Source: Heptranchias perlo
Lineage: Eukaryota
Direction of reading: 5' to 3'
DNA: 64,000 bases
Assembly: GCF_035084215.1 (NCBI RefSeq)
Contig: NC_090353.1
Span: 18,600,001-18,664,000, forward strand
Position 1 is the stretch's first letter, and each line of letters begins with the position of its first letter. Positions 49,182-63,299 of this stretch are shown here, one piece after another. The notes under the pieces are model-generated. The model worked only from the letters and a program-made list of their open reading frames with translations. It made no database searches and was not told the origin of the DNA. The translations under genes were made by a program, and so were the position numbers.

Positions 49182-49497
49182 CTGCAAATGCAATTTCCTT
49201 GCAGTTAGTAATTCTAGGCACGTTGTTGATCACCTCCCTGTATTGTTACTTCATTGCAAGTTACATTCAAATATAGCAATCCTTACAAACTGTCAGGTTT
49301 TAAATTAATGCTTGTACCACATCGAGCTAGAAAAAACTTTTAAAATATTAATTAGCAGTACTCAGAATGAACCAGTTATGTGTGTTAATGCTCTTCTTCC
49401 ACTTGGCACATGCACAATAACTTGCAACCATCTGTACAACAAAATGAAGAGAATATAGGATAGATCATGAATGAAGTTTTTAATTTGCTACACTCAC

Positions 49498-49582
49498 CAG
49501 TACCCTCTCACTCATGTTCTCCCCAAAAACAAACTTGGCACTTTTTGCGTTACTCTCTGCATTTTCTCCGGAGGCCAGCGTA
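49498..49582 (-). CDS. RANBP3: RANBP3 exon with FxFG motif
   Basis: TLASGENAESNAKSAKFVFGENMSERVL; CTGTAG| and |GTGAGT. Confidence 0.93.
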
Positions 49583-49699
49583 CTACAGTTGGGAGAGAAA
49601 AAAAAATAACATCCGTGCAATTGGGCAGAAATATGGCAGATGTAATTCAATACAGGTAAGCACAAAGCATTATACATTGAAAGAAAGAATAGCAGACAC

Positions 49700-50330
49700 T
49701 TAATGAATGGCGTTGACATGGTTATGGGAGAGGCTGAAAGTGATCTGGAAGTGACAGCAGATTCTACACTTAGCACATCCAGCAATCAACAAAGCAAAGA
49801 GAATGCTGAGCTTTAATGCCAAATCAAGTCTGAGGTTATTGTGTATAATGCTCTGCTAAGTTCTGGTCAAGACACAAAGGAAACATCTAAACCCTGGAAG
49901 TGGTGCAGAGAAAACCCATGGGGTTGATCTCTGGAATCTGAGGACTTTCCTATGAGGAAAGGCTAGGAAAATTCAGACGCTTCAGTCTTCACAAGAGGTG
50001 AATAAGAGCAGCCTTATAGAAGTATATAAGATACCAAGGGGAAATAGAAACTAAGTGAGAAAGAAAGATTAAATTCAGAGCACAATTTTAAGATAAACCA
50101 GAACTGCAGGATAAAGGAACATAGATACATACTAGTAAAAAGCAAGTTTAGGACTGATGTCAGAAAGCACTCTTTCATGCAAACAAATACTTGCAATAAC
50201 CTTCTGGGTAGAACAGTGGAGTCAAATACTCTGGAAGCATTCAAGAGACAGTTAGATATTGCTGGGGTGGTGGGTGGGGAATTATCGGTTTCTATGGAAG
50301 GATGAGCTGAATAGCCTTCCTCATCCAAAC
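49700..50330 (+). mobile_element. Old CR1 3' fragment
   Basis: gaaagtgatctggaagtg...agaatgctgagcttt...ttatagaagtatataagat...tttaggactgatgtcagaaag. Confidence 0.6.
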
Positions 50331-51250
50331 ATATCTTTGTGATTAATTTAGTTGGACATCATTTGTTGCAGGGTCAGAATAGGAACAGTGCAAGTTCTTG
50401 ACCCTCATTAAATGCTGTCTTACTCATGTTATCACCAGAAGTCCTTGATCAGAGGCCCAGTGCTTCTCTATGGGATGGTGGGAGAAGAGGAAGAAATCAG
50501 AGCAACAGTAATAGTAATAGTCAGGATTCTTATACATCTCCATGTTAGAAGCAGCATAGGCACAGCTACAGGCAGTGGATCATTCATCTGTGCACAGATA
50601 ATAACGTTGTTGTTCAGCCTTGAGCAAGAGGTAGGAAGGGAAGAAACATGTTATATTACTTATTTTGGTTATGGTTTTTCCCATTCTTTGAACGTAGCTT
50701 AACCCTCACAATAAAGCCAAGATTGAGTAGGAAAAGAAGTGATTGGGACAAAAGACAAACAAATCTCCCTAAAGGCAGCTTTGCCAATGGAGGAGATGTG
50801 GGAGCTCTATCTGAGGTGGTGAGGACAAGAACGTTAATAGATTTAAGGAGGACCAAGGGTGGAGCGAGAGATAAGAGGTGGTGTAGCTACTGTTACACTT
50901 AAGAGAAACGTGAAGAAACTGCATCTTCGAAGAACTGAAATAAAACTTTTTCACTGCTCAAACGAAGTACATGGAGATCAAGTTGCACTGTTAGAAGACT
51001 AGAAGTTGATGAACGTAGAGTGGAAGCATAAACAAAATTGGATTAGGCTGGATGATGCGGTTTACGGATGATTAAAATTACTGTTTTTTTGCTCACTCTC
51101 CAGTCTGTATTTTTTTTAAAAACTTATTTCAATTATAATGTTTATAATTAAAAGTAGAGCTGAAATGACACTGGAATTCAAGTCTACAGCAATATTATTG
51201 CTAGGATGGTACAATATGAGAATTCCGAACTTAGAATTTTAAAATTTTAC

Positions 51251-53653
51251 AGGAGGGAGATGAGTATGGAGTAAAAGGTAAAGTGTTAAAAAAGGAAAGA
51301 GCAGGAACTAAGTGTCACAAAACATATTTGAAAGTTCTTTATCTGAATGCACGTAGCATTCGTAACAAAACGGACGAGTTAACGGCACAAATAACTACGT
51401 ATGGGTATGATCTTGTGGCCATTACAGAAACATGGCTGCAGGGTGACAACGACTGGGAATTAAATATGCCAGGGTATTTAACAATCAGGAAGGACAGGCA
51501 GGAAGGAAGGGGAGGTGGGGTGGCTATGTTAATAAGGGAAGGAATCACTGTAATACAGAGATAAGATATTGGGACAAAGGATCAGGATAATGAAACAGTT
51601 TGGGCAGAGATAAGGAATAATAAGGGGAAAGAAACACTCGTGGGCATAGTATATAGGCCTCCTAATAGTTGCAACTCTGCTGGAAGAAGTATTAATCAGG
51701 AAATAGTCGGGGCATGTAATAAAGGAACAGCTATAATTATGGGGGATTTTAGCTATCATATTAACTGGACAAATCAAATTGGGCAGGGCAGCCTTGAGGA
51801 AGAGTTTATTGAGTGTATTAGGGATGCATTTCTTGAGCAGTATGTAACTGATCCTACAAGGGGGAAAGCAACCTTGGACCTGGTCCTGTGTAATGAGCCA
51901 GGATTAATTAATAATGTCCTAGTTAAGGATCCCCTTGGAATGAGTGACCATAACATGGTTACATTCCATATCCAATTAGAGGGTGAGAAGGTTGGTTCTC
52001 AAACAAGCGTACTGAGCTTGAATAAAGGAGACTATGATGGTATGAGAGCGGAATTGATTAAAGTGGACTGGGAAAATAGTTTAAAGGGTAAGACGGTACA
52101 TGAACAGTGGTGTTCATTTAAGGAGTTATTTTACAACTTTCAAAAAAAATATTCCACTGAGGAAAAAAGGGTGTAAAAGAAATGACAGGCATCCGTGGCT
52201 AAGTAAAGAAATTAAGGATAGTATCCGACTAAAAACAAGGACATATAAGGTAGCCAAACTTAGTGGGAGGATAGAAGATTGGGAAGTCTTCAAAAGACAG
52301 CAAGGAACATTTGGATAAACATAATTTAATAGGACAAAGTCAGCATGACTTTACGAAGGGGAAGTCATGTCTGACAAATTTGCTTGAGTTCTTTGAGGAT
52401 ATAACGTACAGGGTGGATAAAGGGGAACCAGTGGATGTAGTGTATTTAGACTTCCAGAAGGCATTCCACAAGGTGCCACATAAAAGATTATTACTCAAGA
52501 TAAAGAATCACTGGATTGGGGGTCATATTCTGGCATGGGTGGAGGATTGGTTATCTAACAGGAAGCAGAGAGTTGGGATAAATGGTACATTCTCGGACTG
52601 GCAACCAGTAGCCAGTGGTGTTCCGCAGGGGTCGGTGCTGGGTCCCCAACTCTTTACAATCTATAGTGACGATTTGGAGGAGGGGACCGAGTGTAACATA
52701 TCAAAGTTTGCAGATGATACAAAGATGGGAGGGAAAGTAGAGAGTGAGGAGGACATAAAAAACCTACAAGGGGATATAGACAGGCTGGGTGAGTGGGCGG
52801 AGATTTGGCAGATGCAATACAATATTGGAAAATGTGAGGTTATGCACTTTGGCAGGAAAAATCGGAGAGCAAGTTATTATCTTAATGGCGAGAAACTGGA
52901 AAGTACTGCAGTACAAAGGGATCTGGGGGTCCTAGTGCAAGAAAATCAAAAGGTTAGTATGCAGGTGCAGCAGGTGATCAAGAAGGCCAACGGGATGTTG
53001 GCTTTTATTGCTAGGGGGATAGAATATAAAAACAGGGAGGTATTGCTGCAGTTATATAAAGGTATTGGTGAGACCGCACCTGGAATACTGCATACAGTTT
53101 TGGTCTCCATACTTAAGAAAAGACATACTTGCTCTCGAGGCAGTACAAAGAAGGTTCACTCGGTTAATCCCGGGGATGAGGGGCAGACATATGAGGAGAG
53201 GTTGAGTAGATTGGGATTCTACTCATTGGAGTTCAGAAGAATGAGAGGCGATCTTATTGAAACATATATGATTGTGAAGGGGCTTGATTGGGTGGATGTG
53301 GTAAGGATGTTCCCAAGGATGGGTGAAACTAGAACTAGGGGGCATAATCTTAGAATAAGGGGCTGCTCTTTCAAAACTGAGATGAGGAGAAACTTCTTCA
53401 CTCAGAGGGTAGTAGGTCTGTGGAATTTGCTGCCCCAGGAAGCTGTGGAAGCTACATCATTAAATAAATTTAAAACAGAAATAGACAGTTTCCTAGAAGT
53501 AAAGGGAATTAGGGGTTACGGGGAGCGGGCAGGAAATTGGACATGAATTTAGATTTGAGGTTGGGATCGGATCAGCTATGATCTTATTGAATGGCGGAGC
53601 AGGCTCGAGGGGCCGATTGGCCTACTCCTGCTCCTATTTCTTATGTTCTTATG
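51251..53653 (+). mobile_element. CR1 LINE (APE + RT) with internal deletion
   Basis: YLNARSIRNK...AITETWL, YRPP, SDHN; jumps at ~52302 to the RT region (DFQKAF, GVPQGSVLGP, FADDTK); tail TTCTTATGTTCTTATG. Confidence 0.92.
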
Positions 53654-53936
53654 AGTGGAGGTCCCACTACAAAGCATCACCTGAGGCACGTTTAAACTGC
53701 ATGGACAAAGACACCTATCATTGCCAATGTCCGTAGACAAGCAAACAATAAAACAGCACTCTGAGAACATCCAATCCTCATTTCTGTATGTTAGCAGTAG
53801 CCCCCTAAAGCCCTGCATGTTGCTAAAGTATCAAGTATTTTACTAGTCTGAACTTCACTATGCTGTCTTTTCAGAACACCTTGGAAGTCATGGGCTACTG
53901 TGAGTTCTATACATACAAATGGATTAAGCCACTTAC

Positions 53937-54046
53937 TTTGCAGTGTTTTGCTTGATGTACTGGAGAAAGTAGTTGGTTGCTGGCAATGTTTCTCCATCCG
54001 CAGATCTTTCCTTCACAACACTTGAAATGTCACTGCCCTCCACAAT
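53937..54046 (-). CDS. RANBP3: RANBP3 exon
   Basis: IVEGSDISSVVKERSADGETLPATNYFLQYIKQNTA; conserved ATNYFLQYI; TTGCAG| and AA|GTAAGT (phase 2 fits next exon). Confidence 0.92.
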
Positions 54047-55299
54047 CTGCAATACATGATATAAATAACAGGTATGCACAAGCTGGAACACAACACATCA
54101 CAGGTACAAGTTTCCAATATGATTCCCCACCAATTACCTTTACCCATCTCTTGCTACTCAGCTCTTGCTAAGTGCCATATTGTAGATATGCAATAATTGA
54201 TAGAAAAATGTACTCAAGGTTGGGGGGGGGGGGTGTCTTCAGCCATAACAGGTCACCATTTTTTGATTCATCTCTTGCAACAGGACCTCCAGCTCTCAAG
54301 CATCAAAAGGAGCAGCATTCTCCATGTCTCCATTGTGCCACTGTGAACAATTAGTTCACTTTTCTGCTACCACTACAATTTTCCCTTTTTTATGGAGCTG
54401 CAGTCTGTTATTAGCTGCTGTCTCACCAAATTTTGCATTCCCGCCAAGTGTGCTTACAAGATAAACCCTATGCGAAGCTTTTCCTGTGCTTGTAGTCCAT
54501 TTAAATTAGGGGGAAGCACTCCCCTCACAAAATTCGGCATGGCCCACCTATGCACCAAGGATGGACATGCACCTGTGCCACAGGAACGCGCAGCCCCAAT
54601 TTTTCCAGCATCATATTATTATAATTTCAATAGACTATTGAATAAAGTGTGAAACTCCTCCCTGACAGTGACTGCACTGTACTCTAATTCCTGTTGTGTT
54701 GTATAAGGTTCTGAAATTTGAACAAATTTCACAAAAGGACGTGAGAGTTGGTAAAAAAATGCAGGAAAGATACATGTGCAAAAAGAAAATGTGAGAAGCA
54801 AAAAGAAATAAACTGAAAATACATAAAAACTCAAATAAACAGAGAAACACAAAGAAGTTAAAGACAGCCCAACACTCCGAATGCAAACTTTACACTCTGA
54901 CAAAGGGTCAATATCTGAAACATCAACTTATTTTACCTCTACCCGGATCAGTGGATCCCCTTCCAAGAGGATAGGGAAGATAGCTACGGTTTGAATATAC
55001 TATTTTCATGCTCCTTTGTTCTTTTAATGCCTGTTCATTGACTCACTGAGATGATCTTCGGATACTATCTGCCAGTTGTCACCTCTTTCCAGCGTTTCAA
55101 AAACATTGGTTTGCTGAGCACTTCATTCATCATCTCATCTCTGACAAGAGTTAATATTTAAGATTCTTGTTTTCTACCTGTTGTTCTCTCTCTCCCCTCC
55201 CTTGTTTTGTTCTGTTCTGTTCTATTGACTTCCAGTTTCTCCTTTTACACACACTGACAAACCTGCTGTGCAATTACAGCTTTTTTTTTAGAACAGTGC

Positions 55300-57200
55300 A
55301 TAGAATCATTAAAATTAGTTAAGGAGGCCATTCAAATCCATCGCACATAGAAACATAAAAAATTTACAGCACAGGAGGCCATTCGGCTCATGTGCCAGTT
55401 CTTGCTCTTCAGCTGGAGCTATCTACTCTACTTCCTTGCAGTTCCTCTAAATAATTTTATAGTCTTCCATTTCAAACACTTATCTCATTACCTTTCAATT
55501 GTTATTGTCTCTGACTCAGCACCTACTTGTGCTAAAAGATTCCATGCTCTAGTAACTCTGGAAAAAATCTCTTCTAACCTAGAGATAATGATCTCTTCTA
55601 GAGATAATGCTCCATCTATTCCTTTGTTACTAATTCGCCAACCACTAGAAACAATCTTTCATCACATGTCCTCTCAAATCCTTTCATTATTTTGAAAATC
55701 TTCCCCCTTAATCTCTGTTCCAAGGGAAAAAAGGTCCAATTTTTTGAGCAAGTTCTTCATTACTATAACCTCTCATCCTGGTACAATTCTACTGAACCTT
55801 CACTTACCCTTTCCATGGCTTTAATATCTTTCTTACAATGGGGTGTCCAGAAATGCATGAATACTCCAAAGGTGGCCCAATCAATGTCTTGTACAACTTC
55901 AACATCACTACCTTAGTGTAATGATCAAGCCCCCATGCATAAAACTGAGAACCCCATTTGGCATTTTATGGCCCTTTCCACCTGAAAAGATCTATGAACC
56001 TGTACCATTCTGTTTCTTCACTCTTAAGAATCTTACCATTTTACCCAAAATGTACTACTTCCTATTTCTCTGCATCTGCCACTTACCTTCCCACTCCAAA
56101 AGAATCATAGAATAGAATCGAAGAATGGTTACTCTGCAAGAGCAATCCAGCTAGTCCCCCTCTCCTGCCCTTTCCCCATAGCCCTGCGAATTTTTTCCTT
56201 CAAGTACTTATCCAATTCCATTTTGAAAGCCAAGATTGAATCCGCCTCCACCACCCTTTCAGGCAGTGCATTCCAGATCATAACCACTCGCAGGGTAAAA
56301 AAGTTTTTCCTCGTGTCGCCTTTGGTTCTTTTGCCAATTACCTTAAATATGTGTCCTCTGGTTCTCGACCCTTCTGTCAATAGGAACAGCTTCTCTCTAT
56401 CTACTCTGACTAGACCCCTCATGATTTTGAACACCTCTATCAAACCTCCTCTCAACCTTCTCTGCCCTGAGAACAACCCCAGCTTCTCCAGTCTATCCAT
56501 GTAACTGAAGTCCCTCACTAATCTGCCTGAGACCCCCTGCAATTTCCTGCATTCTTCCTTGCAATTTTCTACCCCCACCCCCACATTTGGTATCAGCAAA
56601 CTTCAATATCATTCCTCTTGTACATATGTTCAAATCTACTTATGAACGGAAAACAAAACAGAGTGCAGCACAGATCTCTGGGGCATACTACTACCTATAT
56701 CCTTTCGATCAGAAAAACATTCACTTTCTCCTAATCTTTGCTTCCTGTCCGAACCTCATTCCCATCAATACCACATGCTTTAATTTTTGTAAAAAGCCTC
56801 TTATATGGCATATTATCAAATATCTTTTGTAAATCCATATATTAACTACCCATTGCATTCTCTTTATCTATACACTGATTTCCTCAAAAAATTCAATTAA
56901 ATTAGTTAAGCACCTGGTCTTTGCAAATCCATGCTGACTGTTACTTTAGCCCATGCCTTTCTAAGTGTTCCTAATTTGATCCTGTAATATGGATTTTAGA
57001 AGTTTACCCACACCAAGTTAAGACTATTTGGCCTATAATTTCCTCTTATCCCTTCCCCCTTTCTTAAACAAGAATGTAACATTTTCACCCTCCAGTCCTT
57101 TCCTATAATTCCCAAGTATGGTTAATACTTGTGGTATGTCCTCCCCAACCTACTTCAATATTCCAGAATGCAAACCATCCAGATGTGGCAGCCATTACAT
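55300..57200 (-). mobile_element. Old CR1 fragment with a younger CR1 3' piece nested at ~56102-56518
   Basis: ORF 56129-56599 DRLEKLGLFS...RGHIFKV...FFTLRVVMIWNALP; catagaatagaatc tail; degenerate RT motifs 56520-57100. Confidence 0.78.
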
Positions 57201-58862
57201 TTTTATAAAATATGGTCCCTTTTTGAATATTTACTTTGAATAGTTGTGTCTCAGATATACCTACAATCCCATTTTCATACTTCAAGTGTTCTACTACCTT
57301 CAGGTCGCTTATTTGTCCAGCTTCATTACCAGAACCAGATCTACCGCTGCATCCATCCTTGTTGGATATGTAACATACTAATTAAGAAAACAGTTCCGGA
57401 AATATTTAATTCAGAGTCTTGTTCCAGCAAATGAACCATTTATTTCAACAGCTGCCACTTGATCCCAATGGCCTTTTTTTTTACATTAGAAGCAGCTCGT
57501 AATTGTGTTGGCTTCTATATGCTGGGCAAGTAACCTGTTTGTACTGCAAGACTGATTTGGCAACAAAGGATCACTGCGCATGTACAATGGTTGTATGCTT
57601 ATAACTGATAATTTAACCGGCACCTTTCCTGATGTCAGGATGAATTTCTCACAGGCCCCTAATGGTGAAAGTGCATTGCAAAAGTAGAGACCCGAAAAGA
57701 CTCTTTGCCCACAGCCAGAGCCAATATGGTGGACATAGCAGAAAATATGCTGGTGAGAACCATTTAGCTTTGGCCCCAGTGATACCGTTTCAACAGAAGC
57801 ATCCAGCATAAGCCCGTGCAAGGAAAGTTTCACTGGCTCTCATGGCTACTTTTGACTACAAGATTATCTTTGATGGTGCTCTTCACAAGCTTCTTCTTTG
57901 TGAGAGGTATATAGTTAGATTGTTATGCATTCATATTCATAGATAGATTTTGTTCTTGCTCTGTTTAGATGCATCCCATCCTTCTTGTACCACCATGATT
58001 TACTCAAAAAAAATTCCCTGTTTATCAAAGAAAAAAAATTAAACCATCATTTGACCACCACTATCCAACCAGCCAATTGTTTTCTCCAACACATCCACTA
58101 TTTCTACAAGTGACCAGAAATAATTCAGAAATCATAAACTTGCAACTCTACTTTTTCAATTTCTCGGCATCTGTCCAAAACTACTTTTCAACTTCTGAGT
58201 ATTTTTACTCTATGCCATTAATTGCCACATGGTTTACACCACCTGTTTTCTCACACATAACACACAAGTTCATTTACCCTCTCCTGTTATAGGTGCAACC
58301 CTAGCTCTGGTAGACAGCTCACTGCTTCGTTAATGTCACTACAGCAAAAGTACTATTCACAAAGTGCACCACTGAATTCCCTACTACTATAACCTTCTGT
58401 TTCTTTACCACTTCATTGTCCCTTATTTCTCTGCTATTCTGACTTCAGTTTCAACTTCCTTTTTCATGATTAATGTCCTTGTTGCCATCCAATACCTAAG
58501 ACCCATTTCACACAGTAACGTATTTTGTCATTCACTGCGACTTTTCCAATTTCTTACTACCCTTCTTCAATTCACTCTTCACAGGCATGACTGGTGCTCC
58601 ATTTCCATAAACCGAGCTCTCAATAGATTTGTGCTACAGCATTAGGTGCATATTGCTCTTGTTTAAGTCACCCAAGGGTATACTGCTACTCTTCTTCACC
58701 TATCAAGCATTAAAATAAAATAAGCTTCAAGTAGCTAATTACAGAGCAAATCATGCACTGGATTTCAGTACATTACACTTTACCCAAAGCACATACTACA
58801 GGAGGGATTGTAATATAATTGAACAGCACATGGAGACTTTTCAATATTGTAATAACATGAAC

Positions 58863-59012
58863 CTTCACTCTGTCTCGAAGATTTTCCCCAAAAACGAAGT
58901 TCGTCTCTTCCACATGGTACTCAGGCTGCTCCTGGCTATCCTCCTTCTCTTCCTTCTCATCTACTTCACAGCTGCTCTTGGACTCTGATGAGACTGCTAA
59001 TTTTGCATTCTC
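58863..59012 (-). CDS. RANBP3: RANBP3 exon with FxFG motif (upstream exons not found; probably beyond the window)
   Basis: ENAKLAVSSESKSS...TNFVFGENLRDRVK; TTTCCAG| and AAG|GTTCAT; 150 bp, phase 0. Confidence 0.9.
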
Positions 59013-59307
59013 CTGGAAATGTGGAGAAATCATTTTAAGTGAACTCTGTACACCATCTTAGTAACCCAAATATCCAGGCAATAAGGATTTATATACAAAG
59101 TACTTTCCAATCCCCATTTCAGAGGCAACTTGCCAAACTGAAAGAGTGATCACCTCAAAGGTCTACTGCTATCATTACCACTAAAAACATTTAATCTGCG
59201 CTTAAACAGGAACTTTAACAGACAAAGGAATGTTACATTCTTCCTTATTCGGTCAACCTCTACATACAAATAGTTGCGTACCAAAGTTCAAGATATGGCT
59301 CCACCGA

Positions 59308-59580
59308 TGGCTCAGTTGGTAAACTAGTGCCCAGTGTGGAACTGAGCCATACAACCAAGAAGTTCCCAGGTTCGATCCCTGGTCTATCCTGAGTTAGCTG
59401 ATCTCAGCTGCAGCAGGTGTAGGGGTGCTCCAATTGGCCTTAGCGCCCCTGGGCTAGGGAGGAGAGAAAAAAATAATCAGCCAGGATTCCCACTCCTGAT
59501 CATTATCCAGTGACTTGCTAGAAAGTGCATTTGTGGTCATCGGACAAGGACAGGATTGGCTTGGCTGTGGTGTCCCCCAT
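59308..59580 (+). mobile_element. tRNA-derived SINE
   Basis: A box TGGCTCAGTTGG, B box GGTTCGATCCC, followed by a non-tRNA body. Confidence 0.7.
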
Positions 59581-60486
59581 GATTACTGCTGCCACTTTCT
59601 GCCTTTACAGATCCTGCTCCTCCGCTCTCCGGGACATTGCGTAATCACCTCTCAAGCTGCTTCTCACCCATTTTCCAACCTCGTAATGGCCCCTGCCCTG
59701 ATGCTGACCTGCTCACACCTCTGCATCTGCTGACTGCCTGCTACTTCTCCAACATATGCTCAAGCGGCACCATGATCATCAATACCCCAAACAAGGAAGG
59801 AAATCAAAGAAGGAAACAGGTAATTTGGCTGAGCATGCTCCAAAGCCGAATGTAAAGGAAGCATGGGGCTAATTGCCTCAGCTGCTCTCAAGGGGAACAT
59901 TCCAAATCCTGCAAGGAGAGATGTGATCAAGATGGAAGGCACTAAATACGAAGATGAACAAAGCCCCAGTTCACCTCATACCAGGCTCTCCAGGACTCTT
60001 GAGTCCACCAGGTTGCCCTGAGCCACCACTCTCTACTGTACCACTCAAACCATAGCCAGCCTCGCAATACTGGACGACCAACATTCTTCAAACTGTCCAG
60101 CTGGCCTTGTGGCCTTCTTCACTGGCTTGACTGCCTGTTCAACAACCCCGTACCACCAACCAGCAGACAACCATGCGTCGATGAATCCACTAACATCTTG
60201 CAGCTGAAGTTTGGCGTACAGGCAATGACTTGCCACCAAATCTCACCTCGGCTTCTCCTGCTACTCCGCATGCACCTTTTGCTCATTTGAGGCCCTCACC
60301 ATCTTCTATTCCTCCTTGTTCCCTACTGCCCTCTCAAATTCCATGGCTACTTCCTTGCTGAGATCTCCCGCCTTCACATTAAGTGGTTATTTAATCTTAG
60401 TACCTTCAACCTCTACCTTAATTCCCCATGCTGCACGGCTTCTGATTTCTCTGCCCTCCTCTCCTCAGTGCTTACACAATTTTTTA

Positions 60487-61597
60487 AAAATTCGTTCATG
60501 GGATATGGGCGTCGCTGGCAAGGCCAGCATTTATTGCCAATCCCTAACTGCCCTTGAGAAGGTGGAGGTGAGTCGCCTTCTTGAACCACTGCAGTCCGCC
60601 TGGTGAAGGTTCTCCCACAGTGCTGTTAGGTAGGGAGTTCCAGGATTTTGACCCAGCGACGATGAAGGAACGGCGATATATTTCCAAATTGGGATGGTGT
60701 GTGACTTGGAGGGGGAACGTGCAGGTGGTGTTGTTCCCATGTGCCTGCTGCCCTTGTCCTTCTAGGTGGTAGAGGTTGCGGGTTTGGGAGGTGCTGTTGA
60801 AGAAGCCTTGGCGAGTTGCTGTACTGCATCTTGTGGATGGTACACACTGCAGCCACGGTGCGCCGGTGGTGAAGGGAGTGAACGTTTAGGGTGGTCGATG
60901 GGGTGCCAATCAAGCGGGTTGCTTTGTCCTGGATGGTGTCGAGCTTCTTGAGTGTTGTTGGAGCTTCACTCATCCAGGCAAGTGGAGAGTATTCCATCAC
61001 ACTCCTGACTTGTGCCTTGTAGATGGTGGAAAGGCTTTGGGAAGTAAGGAGGTGAGTCACTTGCCGCAGAATACCCAGCCTCTGACCTGCTCTTGTAGCC
61101 ACACTATTTATGTGGCTGGCCCAGTTAAGTTTCTGGTCAATGGTGACCCCCAGGATGTTGATGGTGGGGGATTCGGCGATGGTAATGCCCTTGAATGTCA
61201 AGGGGAGGTGGTTAGACTCTTTCTTGTTGGAGATGGTCATTGCCTGGCGAAAATGTTACTTGCCACTTATCAGCCCAAGCCTGGATGTTGTCCAGGTCTT
61301 GCTGCATGCTGGCACGGACTACTTCATTATCTGAGGGGATGCGAATGGAACTGAACACTATGCAATCATCAGCGAACATCCCCATTTCTGACCTTATGAT
61401 GGAGGGGAGGTCATTGATGAAGCAGCTGAAGATGGTGGGCCTAGGACACTGCCCTGAGGAACATCTTCCTTTGTGCTAGGTATGACTCCAGCCACTGGAG
61501 AGTTTTCCCCGATTCCCATTGACTTCAATTTTACTAGGGCTCCTTGATGCCACACTCAGTCAAATGCTGCCTCGGTCAAGGGCAGTCACTCTTACCT
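60487..61597 (-). mobile_element. LINE 3' portion (family of 1-1209) with small internal deletions
   Basis: ORF 60626-61240 closely matches the translation of 450-1100; terminus matches the reverse of ...CCCATGAACGAAT. Confidence 0.9.
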
Positions 61598-61779
61598 CAC
61601 AATTCTCACACCCACAGCTACCCCTTCACATTTTATGTGGCCTTGCACCCCAATTCACATCTCCCTGCCTACCTCAACATCCTCCACCCAAGGAAAAAAA
61701 ACTCCCTCCCCCACCCCCGTCCTAGCTCCCTAATCAACTACTGTGGCCCCCGTCCATTATGGCACCACTGTTGGTGTTC

Positions 61780-63060
61780 ACCTACTCAGCAGGTGCTTCA
61801 CTTCTTCCTGCAACATCTTAAATCCCCACCAAGTCATTTGTTCTCTTCCACCGCCACCCTTCGCACGATACACTCGAAAGCACTTGTAACTTGACTGATT
61901 TTGTCATCCACTGTCAAATCTTGCTTGACCATGTTAAACATTACCATGCCTCCCCTCCAGCCACATCCTCTTTCTACTCCAGGATCATTCTGGAGGGCAA
62001 TGAAAAGCCACCACCCCTTTTCTCTATAACAAACCACCTTCTTAAGCTCCCCCCGCCCAATCCCTCACCTCCAATAACAAACATAACTCGCTCAACGATT
62101 TCTTTATCTTGAAGACTGAAATTATCCACATAGCTATCTCACCCACCAACCTCCCCCTTGACCCCTCACTCATTCTAGCTTCTTTCTATCTCCTTGTCAT
62201 CTCTAAACTAATTTCTTTCATGAGTTCTACCTCTTGCTCCCTCAACACCCTCCCCACCCAACTGCTGATCGCTCAATTACCATTCCTCACCCCATGCTTG
62301 ACAATGTCGCTAATGGCTCCTTTTGTTCAAGTACTGTCCTCATCCTCTTTAAACTGCTATCATCACCCCTCCTCAAAAAGCCCACCCTTAACCTGGTTGT
62401 TCTGTCCAAGCTCATCTCTAACCTCCCTCTCTTTTCTGGGTCCTTGGTCCAATGGTCTTCCCAGCTCTGAGCCATCATCTCCCATAAATGAATTCTTCCA
62501 ATTTGGGTTCCACCCTGCTCAAATCAAGCATCTGTCCTGGTCAAAGACATTGATAGTATCCTCCGTGACTGCGACTGTGGCACACCTTCCCTCCTTATTC
62601 TCTTTGACCTTTAATGCATTCGAAGAAAGAAAATATGAACTTGCACTCATTTAGCATCTTTCACATCCTCAGGATGTCCTAAAGCACTTCACAGCCAACA
62701 CAGTTGAAAATGTCATCCTCCTCCATCGTAGTTCTGCTCTGTGGGACTGCACAGTTCCTTTTTTAACTGTCCCAATGCAGTCAGTACATTTCGAGCAAAG
62801 GGTTCCCCTCCTTCCTCTGCATGGTGACCTCTGAAGTTTAAGGATCAATTATTGCCCCCCTCCTCTTCCTCACTAAATGTTGTCTCAATGACATCATCCA
62901 TCGGCAATGGACGGTTTCTATATGTATACTAATGACATTCAGCTCTAGTTCCCCACCATTTCCTTCAATGCCATGGCCACCTGTATGACATCGGATGAAC
63001 CAGAATTTCCTTGAATTGAATATTGGGGAAACCAAAGCCAGCGTTTTTGACCCCCACAAG
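61780..63060 (+). mobile_element. Degenerate L2 LINE
   Basis: LISFMSSTSCSLNTLPTQLL..LPFL; later ggatgaaccagaatttccttgaattgaatattggggaaaccaaagc (WMN.NFL.LNI.KT). Confidence 0.7.
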
Positions 63061-63299
63061 ACAACAACAATAATTCGCATTTATATAGCATCTTTTAATG
63101 TAGGAAAAAGGCTCCAAGGCTCCAGAGAGAGGACATGAAAAAATGGATGCCTAGCCAAATAGGAGATGAAAGGATGGGCAAACTAAAGCTTGGTCAAAAG
63201 AAGTGGGTTTTGAAGAGGGTCTTAAAGGAGGAAAGCAGGAATGTACAAAGTCAGAGGAATGGAGATTTTTTTTGGGGGGTGGTGAGGTGGTTGGTTGGT

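Noticed and set aside
57840-58690. Possible ancient retroelement coding remnant on the minus strand
   Set aside because: No motif could be read with confidence
59308-59385. tRNA gene
   Set aside because: A and B boxes are present but there is no cloverleaf or T-run terminator; it continues into a SINE body
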